Virus record (IMG/VR): IMGVR_UViG_2600255062_000003
Span: 1-64,000 of that record
Reading direction: 5' to 3' (one strand)
DNA length: 64,000 bases
Source of the DNA: a virus
Lineage: Duplodnaviria; Caudoviricetes
Numbering within the stretch: the stretch's first letter is position 1; each line of letters opens with the position of its first letter. Shown here piece after piece: positions 10,501-20,413 of this stretch. The translations under genes were made by a program, and so were the position numbers. The notes under the pieces are model-generated. The model ran no database searches. It was given only the letters and a program-made list of their open reading frames with translations, and had not been told where the DNA came from.

Positions 10501-11541
10501 ATACTGAGAATAAATTGAACGAAATAATCCACTAATTTCGAAGTTTGGAAGATCGATTTTAGGGATAATCGTTGGTTTTAAAATAGTATAATCTTTAATC
10601 TTGTTACCGACTTCTATTGTATTGTTTAATGCTTTCATTATCACATCGTGACTTAGGTAACTTAAGCGATCATTTATCTCCTCGTGATTTTGTACAAAGG
10701 TTGCCTCATAAAATGAATCAACTTCCCGTTCTCCTTCTTTTGCATTTAGGAAAGCCTTATGTACAATACGATCTTCTGGACGAAGATAATGACTATCTGT
10801 TGTTACTATGTATTTAAGACCAAACTTATCAGCCAATAGAAGCAACTGCTTGTTACAATAAATTTGTTCCTCGCTATAGGCAGGTTGCAGTTCTAAATAG
10901 AAATCCTCTTTACCAAAAACATCGATACACCAATTTGTAAAATCACATACCTTTTTATAGCTCTTTTTTGCTTCTTCTCTATTGTTATTTTCTAGATGTG
11001 ATTTCATCTCCAACAGATATATACAATGAAGTGAACCTAAACATGCAGATGAAGCAATCAAATGCCCCGGATTTTCTTTTACAACTGATCGTAAAAAGCT
11101 ACGTTCTGTCGGTGTTCTTAGCATTGGGCCTGTGAAAAATGAATCGTTCCAAGCCTTTGAACTCATATAGCGAAGCTGTTCATGACCAATTGCATCTTTA
11201 GCCAACAATAAAAAGTGTGGAAACTTAGTAACTCCAGACTTATAATTATCTCTTACTTCTTCAAGACTCTCGACAAGATAGATTTCATTGCCCAATATTA
11301 GTTTAAAGTCTTTATGTATTTTGCCTTCTTGTTTCAGTTTTTCTGTTGTCTGGATTGCCTTAACATGTGCTGAGATGGATTCATGATCTGTGATAGCCAC
11401 TCCCTTATGTCCCATGTCATAGGTTGTTTTTATCAGTTCTTCTACCCGATTAGTTGTATCACGAAGTTTTAGGTTTGACCCCCTATCAACGTGATTGTGG
11501 AGTAATATCGAATTACATTTATCACACAAATTAATCAACAC
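7597..11541 (-). CDS. dnaE: Phage DNA polymerase III alpha subunit (SPbeta YorL-like)
   Basis: 1314 aa; PHP domain (HNH, TDHE, TTDSHY), SRGSSAG, PDIDID, KFDLL. Confidence 0.93.
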   Translation of the reverse strand: MLINLCDKCNSILLHNHVDRGSNLKLRDTTNRVEELIKTTYDMGHKGVAITDHESISAHVKAIQTTEKLKQEGKIHKDFKLILGNEIYLVESLEEVRDNYKSGVTKFPHFLLLAKDAIGHEQLRYMSSKAWNDSFFTGPMLRTPTERSFLRSVVKENPGHLIASSACLGSLHCIYLLEMKSHLENNNREEAKKSYKKVCDFTNWCIDVFGKEDFYLELQPAYSEEQIYCNKQLLLLADKFGLKYIVTTDSHYLRPEDRIVHKAFLNAKEGEREVDSFYEATFVQNHEEINDRLSYLSHDVIMKALNNTIEVGNKIKDYTILKPTIIPKIDLPNFEISGLFRSIYSQYEFIDKMAHSNNSQDRYIVKLIEDGFREYLPYNTYSKEKLHKVAARINTELGELWKISEKMNQSVASYYITVREIVNVIWDDECGNSLVGPSRGSSAGYLICFLLGITQVNPLEYGIEMPHWRHLTAERPEFPDIDIDTEAAKRNQIFKQLKKYFGENQVLQVCTFGTEASKSAVQTAARGLGIDNDTAMYVSGLIPFERGSSWTLTDCVNGNEEKERKPVKEFVTEINKFDNWLNVAMKIEGLVNKRSIHASGVIVFNEEYYKTNAMMTAPNGTHVTQLSLEDCEAVSNMKFDLLTIEGLDKIRVALDFLIKENLMEWQGSIRKTYNKYLHPNIIDIKSQEIYDLIGSDSITDLFQFSTEIGIQTVKRTKPSNLIELAAANSLMRLMGDHNSETPIDSFIRFKKDINEWYKELHENFLNEEEIETMKKHLLALNGVADTQESIMLLSMDKKVAGFTIQEANKLRKIIAKKKANEIEDIKNKFYKKGLELKNRKEILDYVWNKQIVRQLGYSFSVLHTLAYSIIALQEANLNNIYDPIYWRTACLTVNSASIHDENEDTKTQSTNYGKIASAIGNMQSRGVKIGLPDISKADYGFFPDTELNQIVFGLKGINGIGDDVVQNIIKHRPYKSFDDFIERMFNTSIIKKSQVIQLIKAGCFESFGDRLEIMKQFIHKIFTPKQKVTMQNFNALIENNLIPEDMSQYKRLFNFRKYIIKNVYGKEGKEKFYLLDKISTPFYYEHFSGEAIKDYHNNFPIIAERTFKKEYDKKIEGIKSWLTEDSTLSLFNSKLYQNEWNSLASGTLSKWEMDSLSFYYTEHELKNIDTAKYGIVNFFELPEDPVVVEMMKFRNGSTRPKFKLDFITGTVLDKDKNKNTVTILTTTGVVTAKYYDGAFAHYNKQISKPKQDGTKEIIERSWFTRGNKLILFGYRRGSQFRPYNYKDSRVKHTTMFIDEIREDGTVKVTTERKS

Positions 11542-11699
11542 ACCCCTTCCTATAAAATATTGATTTTAATTAAATCCTATATGAACACTTTGCATCTCTC
11601 ACCTCCTTTAATATTTATAAGGCTTCATAAAGAACAATCAATGGATTTCTGCTAAGTTGAATAGGTATGATTGTTCTTTATGGACAAATACAATTTAAT

Positions 11700-12674
11700 T
11701 TATGGCATTATGACAGACTCTCTTTTATTCATTTCAATATTTGAATTTGATATATCTCGTGGCAAAATATCCATTAAATTTTGCTTAGAGATTTTTACAC
11801 GTCTACTCATTATTCTGACAGCTTGGTGCCGAATTGCTTTTTCAATCACGTTACGAACATAGCGTGCATTACTAAAATTACTTCTTGAGTCTTTCTCAAT
11901 CTGAATTATTTCTCTTAGCTTTATCAGTGCATCAGAGGTAATGTTGTAGTCTTTTTCATATGCCATCTTTACTGCAATTAACATTAACTCGTCTGTTGTG
12001 TAATCCTGAAAATCTATTTGTATTGGAAACCGGGATGGAAGACCAGTATTTGTTCTAAGGAACATCCCCATCTCATCTGGATAGCCTGCAAGGATAATTA
12101 TTAAATCATCACTTCTATCCTCCATGACTTTTACAAGACAGTCTATTGCTTCCTTTCCAAAATCTTTATCACCTCCCCTAGCCAAACTGTAGGCTTCATC
12201 AATAAAAAGGATTCCTCCCATAGCTTTCTTAACAAGATCACGTGTTTTTTGTGCGGTGTGACCGATGTATTCTCCAACTAAGTCTGCTCGTTCCACCTCA
12301 ATCAGATGACCTTTACTAAGGATACCCATTCTGTTTAGCAATTTAGAAGCTATTCTTGCCACTGTCGTCTTCCCTGTACCGGGATTCCCTTTGAATATCA
12401 TATGGTATACCTGACTACTATTTTTCAAACCTTCTTCACTTCTAAGTTTTTGCACCTGTATCAATGCATAAATCTCATACACAAGATCTTTTACCTTTTC
12501 AAGTCCAATCATTTCATCTAGATCCTTAAATATGTCTGCTGCGGATTCATAATGATTACTGGTTAATGGGACTTCTTCGTTTTGCTCAGATATTGTTTCA
12601 TAAGCCTCTTGACTTTTAAAGACAACATTAATTCTTGATTCATTAACAGTAATCCTTCTGGAGTTTCCATCCAC
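11700..12674 (-). CDS. spoVK: Phage-encoded intact SpoVK-like AAA ATPase
   Basis: GNPGTGKTT, ERADLVGEYIGHTAQKT, LFIDEAYSL, FSNARYVRN; GAGGTG RBS favours GTG at 12674. Confidence 0.9.
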   Translation of the reverse strand: MDGNSRRITVNESRINVVFKSQEAYETISEQNEEVPLTSNHYESAADIFKDLDEMIGLEKVKDLVYEIYALIQVQKLRSEEGLKNSSQVYHMIFKGNPGTGKTTVARIASKLLNRMGILSKGHLIEVERADLVGEYIGHTAQKTRDLVKKAMGGILFIDEAYSLARGGDKDFGKEAIDCLVKVMEDRSDDLIIILAGYPDEMGMFLRTNTGLPSRFPIQIDFQDYTTDELMLIAVKMAYEKDYNITSDALIKLREIIQIEKDSRSNFSNARYVRNVIEKAIRHQAVRIMSRRVKISKQNLMDILPRDISNSNIEMNKRESVIMP

Positions 12675-12696
12675 AGTAATCACCTCTCGTTGTGAC

Positions 12697-12726
12697 AGTA
12701 TATGCCTAATATGGTCTACAACATGC
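12697..12726 (-). promoter_or_regulatory. Candidate sporulation-sigma promoter of phage spoVK
   Basis: GCATG-17nt-CATATACT upstream of the RBS; CATA-N3-T -10 resembles sigE/sigG/sigK promoters. Confidence 0.45.
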
Positions 12727-12857
12727 TGATATGTTTTATCAAATATTTAATGCCATTAACATAACACTTATTCACTTAGAACCTCAGATATTCAGTTTGA
12801 TTTTGCTTTTAATCCTTGTAACTTCCCTCATTTTATGTATTGTAGGCCGAAGCCTAC

Positions 12858-13137
12858 TCAAGTCCCTATAAAATCATCTAAGCTTTTATCAAGATCTGAT
12901 TGCGATATAAAATCAACTTCTTCTAATTCTTCTTTATTCACAACGAGTTCATCATCAATTGCAACTTTGCTCCCTAAAATTTCAGGTTTTCTACCTTTGT
13001 GCCCAAATAAGAATTGTCTTAAAGCTTCTCTAACGATGTCGCTCTCGTCATAATATACAGGAAGTTTACTTAGCGCTTTTTTTGAGGTCATCGTCCTTTC
13101 CGTTTCTGAGTCTTGCGCTAACTAATTTCTTCCCCAT
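12858..13137 (-). pseudogene. ParR-like ribbon-helix-helix adaptor, frameshifted in an A7 run
   Basis: MGKKLVSARLRNGKDDDLKK joins ALSKLPVYYDESDIVREALRQFL if one A is removed at 13077-13083; start overlaps parM end. Confidence 0.6.
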
Positions 13138-14087
13138 GCTCTAACCCCAATTTTTTCATATCCTCTTATTTGTGCAAGCTGATCGAAAAGTATTTTATTC
13201 TTGAAATTAAGCATGTTAAAAACCTGATGTGCTGCACCTCCACCAATTAGATAATAATCAAAATCTATATTTAGTCCATCAATCTCATTTTGAATTTGGA
13301 TTGCTAATGATTTAAACGCTTTTGCTATTAACGGTTTTATATTTCGTCCTTCATATATACCGCTTATCACATACTTGTCTAGTTCATAAATAGCTGGAGC
13401 CTTACCAATAGTATTCATCAGATACTTACGCAATAGCTGATATGCCTTTTCGACTCCCAGCAATAAGCTTGTTGACTCTTTCATGATTTCTAGTTTATCT
13501 AATCCTAAAAGGTTTAAAGTGTAAAATCCTAAGTCAATTACCAATACCTTTTTATTTGCAATATGTACTTTTTGAATCTTTCCTTTATTGTCTAACAGAT
13601 AGTCCATTGCTATTCCATATCCCTGTGGAACAAGTTTATATTTATTTATATGAAGTTTAATTTCTGAATAATTCCCCCTACCTTTCTTAAGACTATAAGT
13701 ATCCTCTGTATTTATTCTATCCAGCATCTTTTCCATATCACTTTTTTGATTGAAATAGAATAATACAGGTAGTCCAGTTACCATATTAAATGGATTATTT
13801 TTATTTAGATATCCTAATCCAGTTTTCAGTAAAACGTCCGAAGTCATCGCTTCACTCTTATTATTTTTAAGTGTAAAATATTTAATCTCACTATGCCTTA
13901 AGGCAACATTTCCCACAAATAATTCATCATTATAGAAAAAATCATTTGGCTTGATGTTTTCTTCAAACATTGGTTGAACATCGCCAGAGATAGAAGGCTG
14001 AAGATACATTGTATTGCCTGTTTTCCCCTTGGTGTAGCTAAATCCGAGATCAATCACACTTAAATTTTTCACTACAGTTAAAGCCAT
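13122..14087 (-). CDS. ParM/StbA-family actin-like ATPase
   Basis: IDLGFSYTK, VTGLP, PQGYG, IDLGFYT and GGGA actin-fold motifs; GGAGG RBS before ATG 14087. Confidence 0.85.
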   Translation of the reverse strand: MALTVVKNLSVIDLGFSYTKGKTGNTMYLQPSISGDVQPMFEENIKPNDFFYNDELFVGNVALRHSEIKYFTLKNNKSEAMTSDVLLKTGLGYLNKNNPFNMVTGLPVLFYFNQKSDMEKMLDRINTEDTYSLKKGRGNYSEIKLHINKYKLVPQGYGIAMDYLLDNKGKIQKVHIANKKVLVIDLGFYTLNLLGLDKLEIMKESTSLLLGVEKAYQLLRKYLMNTIGKAPAIYELDKYVISGIYEGRNIKPLIAKAFKSLAIQIQNEIDGLNIDFDYYLIGGGAAHQVFNMLNFKNKILFDQLAQIRGYEKIGVRAWGRN

Positions 14088-14306
14088 GATATTACCTCCA
14101 AATACAATGAGTATCAAAGTATGACAGTATCTCAACAGTGTCGTACAATGTAATACATTCTATAAGATGATTATATCACGGCTTTATCATTTTGTATATA
14201 TATGATTATATTTATTTATATAATATTTTGATCCTATAAGAGTAGTATTGAGCAATGTATAAAATCAGGATTTTACGTAGATTATTGATTCATAAAACCC
14301 TTATAA

Positions 14307-16691
14307 CTATTGAGTTTTTTGACTCTCTCTCCTGTTTAGTTCAATCTCAATTCTTTCTGTGTTTTCGATTCTAAAAAACGATGGTGTATAATTGAATTCC
14401 TCCATCCATCTTAAGATTACTTCGTTCAATCGCTGCTCAAGAATCTCAGAGTGTCCTTGAACCACGTCATATAAATAACCATCTGCGGCCTCTCCTATTT
14501 CGTCATTAACTTGCTCACCAATATCTTCTAAAATCATATCCACATTAACTCCAACACTCGAAACAATGGTAGATATTTGACCAACATAAAATACAGTATT
14601 CTCATCTGGGTCATAATAATAACTCTCTCCATTCTTAATGGCTTCTTCTTTTGTATTAAAACAATTAAAAGTACCCCAAACTCCGTCTTCATATAAGTTA
14701 AACATCCATTGCCCCTCTTTAAAGTCCGATTTGTAGCCTCCTTGTATTTTGATTTTACGCCCCAACTTCATGTAGAGCAGTGTGTATCTCGGCAATTAGC
14801 GACTTAGTCTCTTCAACTCCCTCTTCTCCAATGTTAAAAATTAAATCTTCTTCCTCTGTAAGTCCTACCCATGCTTGTAAATCGTCTTGTGCTACTTCGA
14901 GAAGCTTTAGAATATTTTGCATTTGATCAACTATCCCCATAGACCTCATCTCCCTTGCTTGAAATTTATAAAAAGTGCAGTTATTACCCCAAGGATCATT
15001 GCCAATATAAAATACAATATTGATTCATATATGTTCATTTATATCTCCTGATCAAATTCATGTTTTACCGTAATTGTTTATATGTATTTGATAACTCAAT
15101 AAACCATTCTTTATCATTCATAGCAATAGCCATATCAATCAAACACATAATAGATTCCTTGTCTAGTTCAGGCACCTCTTGAATAACAGTAGCCACTAAA
15201 ACAATGTTGTTGTTATAACTATTCACATTTTCTTCAATTTGTTCGATCTCATTTATGTATGCAGCTACGTCTACTTTTCCACCAAGTTCTAATTCCAACA
15301 TTCCTTTAATCTCATTCAGTGTAAGTCTCCGTTTTAATATTTCTTCTTTGTACTTAAAAGAAAGAATCCTTCCACTAATATCCAACCTTCTTATAATAAA
15401 ATCGTAATTACTTGCCATTACATCGACATCGATTTCTATTATGGGTTCACTAGTGAAATAGCCATAGTGTTTTTTGAGAGACTTTTTTAAAATTTGAAAA
15501 ATATCATCTTGATTTAAAAATTTCATATGTATTATAGACCATCAAAAATGATCATCCTCCGATTGATAATATTCTGTACCGCTATTTATTTGCCATTGCC
15601 ATAACTTGCTTATGTATTTTGCATATTGTTCATCTGTTATTTGTTTTGAGTCTTTTTTGTTGTTCATGATCTCCATGTACTTATTTAGTTCTATGCTTAC
15701 TCACCCCTATTAGTTCTCCACTTACTTTAGTTAGCTTCAATCTCCGCTATGTCTGCCCACAATACGTGATCAACATAAATTATTAATTCTTCATTGATAT
15801 CTGTTTTTGGGAAATGATATTTAGAAGAACTACTCAACTGATGAGTTATTATCTCAAAAACATCCTTATCAAACGTTTTTACTCTAATTGAATTACCATT
15901 GATTAAATTAAAAGTTAATAAGAAGCCTTTCTTCGGCATAGGCATAGATTTGCTCTTCTCATACCAATCTTCGATCTCATACCAATCTTCGTTATGTTTC
16001 CTGTCTAACACTTTACCTACACCCTTTCTTGATCAAAGTCGCCTTTTATTGTGGTTCAAAATAACTTTCAACTTTTTTAGAATTGCCGCCTAGATACATT
16101 TTAATCTCATTTAATACTCTAATAGTATCTCCAAACGCTTCCTTCATGTGTGGAGAATATTCTATAGCAGAATCCGTTGCTGCTAATATACACAGTTTTT
16201 TATCTAATTCATCAAACAAGTCGCCCAATACACTACCTTCCATGTTTCTCTCTCCAATCTTCGTAAAATGCATCTTTTACTTACATAGTGCTTCAATTGA
16301 CTTTAATAGTTCTTGCTTATCAAGACCAACCACTCTGTCTCCCAACCTTATTTTCACTTCCGAAGAATCACTGTAAGATTCAAAATCAATTGTTTCTGTT
16401 GAATATGAGTTGTAACTGTCAGTTAGTGAATTGAGCGTTATTTTCATCTCTACGTCCTCCGTAAAAATACTCAGATTTGGCAAGTTCGACCCTATTGTCA
16501 GATAAATTTGGAAAAAGGTAATCCTTATTAAATACTGTTCTGTAGAATATCCAAAAAACTTTCATTTTTATATTTACGTTAAACTCAACAATAGCTCCAG
16601 CTCTTTCCCAATATGTTGTTTTATTCTTGTGGATGATTTTATATTTCTTGTTACCATAATCATAATAATGAACTTCTTTCTGAAGACTCAT
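14307..16691 (-). other. Cluster of short hypothetical phage genes
   Basis: Co-oriented ORFs ending at 14307, 14755, 15065, 15727, 16046, 16277, 16419, mostly with RBSs. Confidence 0.7.
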
Positions 16692-16729
16692 CTAAATACC
16701 TCTTCCCTTATAAAATATGAGTTTTACTC

Positions 16730-17371
16730 TTATGTATAGATTGGTTTTAGTCGTTTTATTGTTCTTTGAAAAGCTTGATGCGCTGCCTGTCGCGACACAC
16801 CAAGTTCGATTCCTATTTCCGATATGTTTTTCCCTTCAAAAAAGTATTTGTCAGCAACGATTCTCTCCTTCTTCGCCAACAATGTATCCATTTGTTCAAC
16901 TAAATGTTTATTGAACATTTTATCCTCGACTCTCAGATAATCTAGGTGACTGTCATTAGGAATAACTTCAGCAAGCAGTTTTTCTTCATCTGTGCCTTTT
17001 GATTTATGAAGGGTTTCATTGAAACTAATACTGGAGTACTTGCTACGACATTTCATACTTTTATATCTGGAATGTGCCATAAATTCTTTCCACACCACTT
17101 TTCCAAGATATGAAGTAAATTTAATACTCTTGCTTGTATCATATGTATTGTAAGCCTTCATTAGCGCTACCATTCCCATACCGACTAGATCATCAAACTC
17201 TTCTGGGACTCCTCGTTTATACCAGCGGTCAGCTAGGCTTTTAACAAAGGGAATATTATTATTTATAATCTTATCCCTAAGTTCTTTATTATTAGTTAGT
17301 TTTGCCTCTTTAATCATCTCTTCATTGTTCAAGCTAGGATCTCTTTTATAATTTAGAGTCTTGTTAATCAT
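16730..17371 (-). CDS. Phage sigma-70 family sigma factor, sporulation-sigma-like
   Basis: Region 2 DDLVGMGMVALMKAYNTYD...KFTSY; region 4 EIGIELGVSRQ. Confidence 0.85.
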   Translation of the reverse strand: MINKTLNYKRDPSLNNEEMIKEAKLTNNKELRDKIINNNIPFVKSLADRWYKRGVPEEFDDLVGMGMVALMKAYNTYDTSKSIKFTSYLGKVVWKEFMAHSRYKSMKCRSKYSSISFNETLHKSKGTDEEKLLAEVIPNDSHLDYLRVEDKMFNKHLVEQMDTLLAKKERIVADKYFFEGKNISEIGIELGVSRQAAHQAFQRTIKRLKPIYT

Positions 17372-18099
17372 GCTATTTCGCCTCTACGTACACAATGTTC
17401 TATGTATGTTCCTTCTTCAGTAATTTCAAGCAAGTTCATTTGTAGTCCATAAGAGCAGGCTCCATCGATTCCAATCTTATCACCTTTTGGATCAAACCAA
17501 ATATCTTCCCTATCGTGTAGATGAATACAAGGTGTATGACCAAAAACAACCGTCTTGTCTAATCCAGTCTTATTGTTAAAGAATATATCTCTAATCCAAA
17601 TGAAGTCACTCGCAGGTTGATTTCGCCAGTCTTCATAAAATGGATTAATACCGGCATGAACATAGATATGTAACCTGTCTTCGTAGTACAAAGGTAATTG
17701 ACCTAGAAAATCAATGTGGTGTTGATAATGCTTTCTAATGAACTCTTTTGCTTTTATGTATTGCTCCCAATCGAATCCTTCTTCAAAAAAACTAATTCCA
17801 CAATAACTTTCTACAGTTTGAAAACCACCATTATTCAACCATTGAGCGTCTAATTCTTCGTTGTCATTGTTTATGGCAGACACAAACATATCATCATGAT
17901 TACCTTGGAGAGCGACAATCCCCCACTCATTATGAAGCTGCATTACTTGTTCGACTGTCTGCTTACTCTTCTGTCCTCGATCAACATAGTCGCCAAGCAG
18001 GATAAGTTTATCCTGCTCAGGTTCATATTTGGCTTTCTTTAATAATTTATTAAATTCTTCGTAGCATCCATGAATATCGCTGATTACTAATCGTCTGAT
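17368..18099 (-). CDS. Ser/Thr protein phosphatase-like metallophosphoesterase, ATC start
   Basis: Frame extends upstream of ORF track through ISDIHG and LGDYVDRG; GNHD, VHAG, FGHT; AAGGAGGAG RBS then ATC. Confidence 0.85.
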   Translation of the reverse strand: MRRLVISDIHGCYEEFNKLLKKAKYEPEQDKLILLGDYVDRGQKSKQTVEQVMQLHNEWGIVALQGNHDDMFVSAINNDNEELDAQWLNNGGFQTVESYCGISFFEEGFDWEQYIKAKEFIRKHYQHHIDFLGQLPLYYEDRLHIYVHAGINPFYEDWRNQPASDFIWIRDIFFNNKTGLDKTVVFGHTPCIHLHDREDIWFDPKGDKIGIDGACSYGLQMNLLEITEEGTYIEHCVRRGEIA

Positions 18100-18114
18100 T
18101 TTCTTTCTCCTCCT

Positions 18115-18558
18115 TTATAATTTCTCATCTCTTTGATAGTGATTTAACGAAATATCTTTGAGCTTTGAGTAGTCCTTTTCAAGTTCATCAGACAGATATT
18201 TACGACCCTTCTCCCATGCATTAAGCTCCCTTTTTAACCCCTCTGAGGAATTTGCATTAAAAAGATGAGGATTTTCCTTATAGTCTTCGTAATGTCCAAG
18301 TTCATGGGAAAGTAAAATAGCAACAAAGTTTCTTAAGCTCAGATTTGGAAAATCAGTTTTGAATCCAGCGGTTGAAAAATTTTCAACAATAAAAGTCGGA
18401 TCAAAAAATATGGTGTTGGTATTAGGGTCGTACGACATTAAATATCCCAGACTAGAAGTTTCCTCTTTTAAGCCGCAGTCAATCCGATGTTCCTTTGATA
18501 TCTCTTTAAAAACTTTTTTAATTTTACTTCTTAGGTCATCTAAAAGCTTTTGCCTCAT
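18115..18558 (-). CDS. Putative Zn metallopeptidase-like protein
   Basis: HELGH motif and downstream ELNAW. Confidence 0.5.
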   Translation of the reverse strand: MRQKLLDDLRSKIKKVFKEISKEHRIDCGLKEETSSLGYLMSYDPNTNTIFFDPTFIVENFSTAGFKTDFPNLSLRNFVAILLSHELGHYEDYKENPHLFNANSSEGLKRELNAWEKGRKYLSDELEKDYSKLKDISLNHYQRDEKL

Positions 18559-18639
18559 TTTAGCCCCTCCTAAATAATTTAATTTATTATAGCAGGTTAC
18601 TGACGATTAAATAAAACAAGTGTTTTATAATAATATGTA

Positions 18640-19383
18640 TTAGCTAAAAGTTACCTCTGGTTCTGCTTCAGGTTTAACTTCATCGCTTTCCTCGTCAGTA
18701 TCAACAATAATTTTGGTGCGGTTTTGGGAGAGATTCATAAGCAACAATTCGAATTCGTCTAAATATCTAAGTGATTTAATATCTCTTATTTCGTGTCGTT
18801 CAATATCCCAACCTTTATTCTTCTCATCTTTCCATCTGTAAAGACGAATAGATTGATTCATGTCTTCATCTTGCTCACATTCAAAAATTAGATTGGCATA
18901 CTCGTAACTACTCCAACTTCTACTTTCATCTCGGTCAATACTAAGATGAACATCGACATATTCATAACTTACTCCGTCATCGGTATTTACTTCTAACTCG
19001 CTTGTGTCTACATTTTCAGACACATACTTCATCCATTTTTCATAAAGTTCAGAGGCTTTAATTTCTTTTTGTTCATCAAATTCAATCACTGTTTTAAAAT
19101 TTTTAAGTAGATTTTTATTTTCGAGTGCCGAACTATCCAACACATCTATTAGTACGCTGTCCATTTTGATTATGTATTTTGAATAATCATAAGATTCGAT
19201 ATATGGAACCATAACTGACTTCACTTGCTCTTCGATAACCTTTGTTACATCTCCATAGGGTCTGAACATATTATCTAATGCATTAATGACTCCTTTTTCA
19301 AGTTGTTCGCTAATTAAACGTTCAACAGTTCCGTCCTCAAGTTTTTTACTGATTACATCTTTAATATTATTTTCTAATGTCAT
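18640..19383 (-). CDS. Hypothetical phage protein
   Basis: 247-aa acidic ORF with RBS. Confidence 0.7.
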   Translation of the reverse strand: MTLENNIKDVISKKLEDGTVERLISEQLEKGVINALDNMFRPYGDVTKVIEEQVKSVMVPYIESYDYSKYIIKMDSVLIDVLDSSALENKNLLKNFKTVIEFDEQKEIKASELYEKWMKYVSENVDTSELEVNTDDGVSYEYVDVHLSIDRDESRSWSSYEYANLIFECEQDEDMNQSIRLYRWKDEKNKGWDIERHEIRDIKSLRYLDEFELLLMNLSQNRTKIIVDTDEESDEVKPEAEPEVTFS

Positions 19384-19989
19384 TCAACATTTCTCCTTTA
19401 TTTTTATTTTAGTAAAACAGGTATTTGATCATCTTCATTAGAATATTCTGTGCCATAGCGACCAAAAAGTTCTTTTCCATTTACCCTTAACTAACTCATA
19501 TCCATCTATGTAACATTTTCCATTAATTGTTGTGATGTTTTTACCCGACATTTTTGGATGAAAAGATACTACGTTACTTCCAGACACAACGCTTCTCTTT
19601 TCTGTATTCACAAAAATAGTCCCATTCATAAACACTCCCATTCTCTTGTCCTTTCTTTGTTTTTGATCGAACTAGCCTTCTATTACTAACTGTTACTCCA
19701 CATCTTCATTAAATTTTTATTGTTTGCTTATGGGCAACATCTTCAGTCAGACATGTAGCTGTAAAGTATGACAAATAACTAGCTTGACCGATATGTTCAA
19801 AAATTTTATTTATTTGTATTCCAACTTGTCTGTAGGCCAATTCATTAATAGTAAAGTTAGTATCAAGAGCATATTTCCTAAGTTTAGCCCCTGCCATTTC
19901 TATGGCTTCTTGCTCTGTCTTTGCGATTAGTAAGTAGCTGTTTAACCCGTAACTAGTATATTTATTATCCACTCTAAACAATTTCATTT

Positions 19990-20400
19990 TCATACCTCCA
20001 ATAGTTCAGGATTGTCGTGAATGTTGCCAATCTTATGTGGAAGCCATTCTATATCATAACCTGTCCACCCACCATTGCCTGCGTTAATCAAATACATACT
20101 CAATGGTACTGCTTTATATTTTGATTGATTTCTGTCGTAGCAAATAATTTTTACTTCATGTTCTTTATAAGCCAGAGTTGGTGCAAGAATATCTCCCTCA
20201 TATAATTCCTCGTCATTTTCGATGCTAATTTTACCAATGTTCCGTCCAACCGTATCTGGATCAACCTTATACCAATATTCTGTACAGAAATATTGATCAT
20301 CCCATACAACAATATCTCCAACGATTACATCGTCACCGATTAAGTAGCCGTAGATCCACTCATCTGTTTCAATATGCTTGCCACGATGTTTATTGTTCAT
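19990..20400 (-). CDS. YopX-family protein
   Basis: KHRGK...WIYG, YEGDIL, IGNIHDNPELL. Confidence 0.8.
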   Translation of the reverse strand: MNNKHRGKHIETDEWIYGYLIGDDVIVGDIVVWDDQYFCTEYWYKVDPDTVGRNIGKISIENDEELYEGDILAPTLAYKEHEVKIICYDRNQSKYKAVPLSMYLINAGNGGWTGYDIEWLPHKIGNIHDNPELLEV

Positions 20401-20413
20401 TTTCAACTTCCTC

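Noticed and set aside
15008-15023. Degenerate TAAAA-N6-ATTGA copy
   Set aside because: Two mismatches and lies inside a plausible 30-aa membrane ORF; likely chance.
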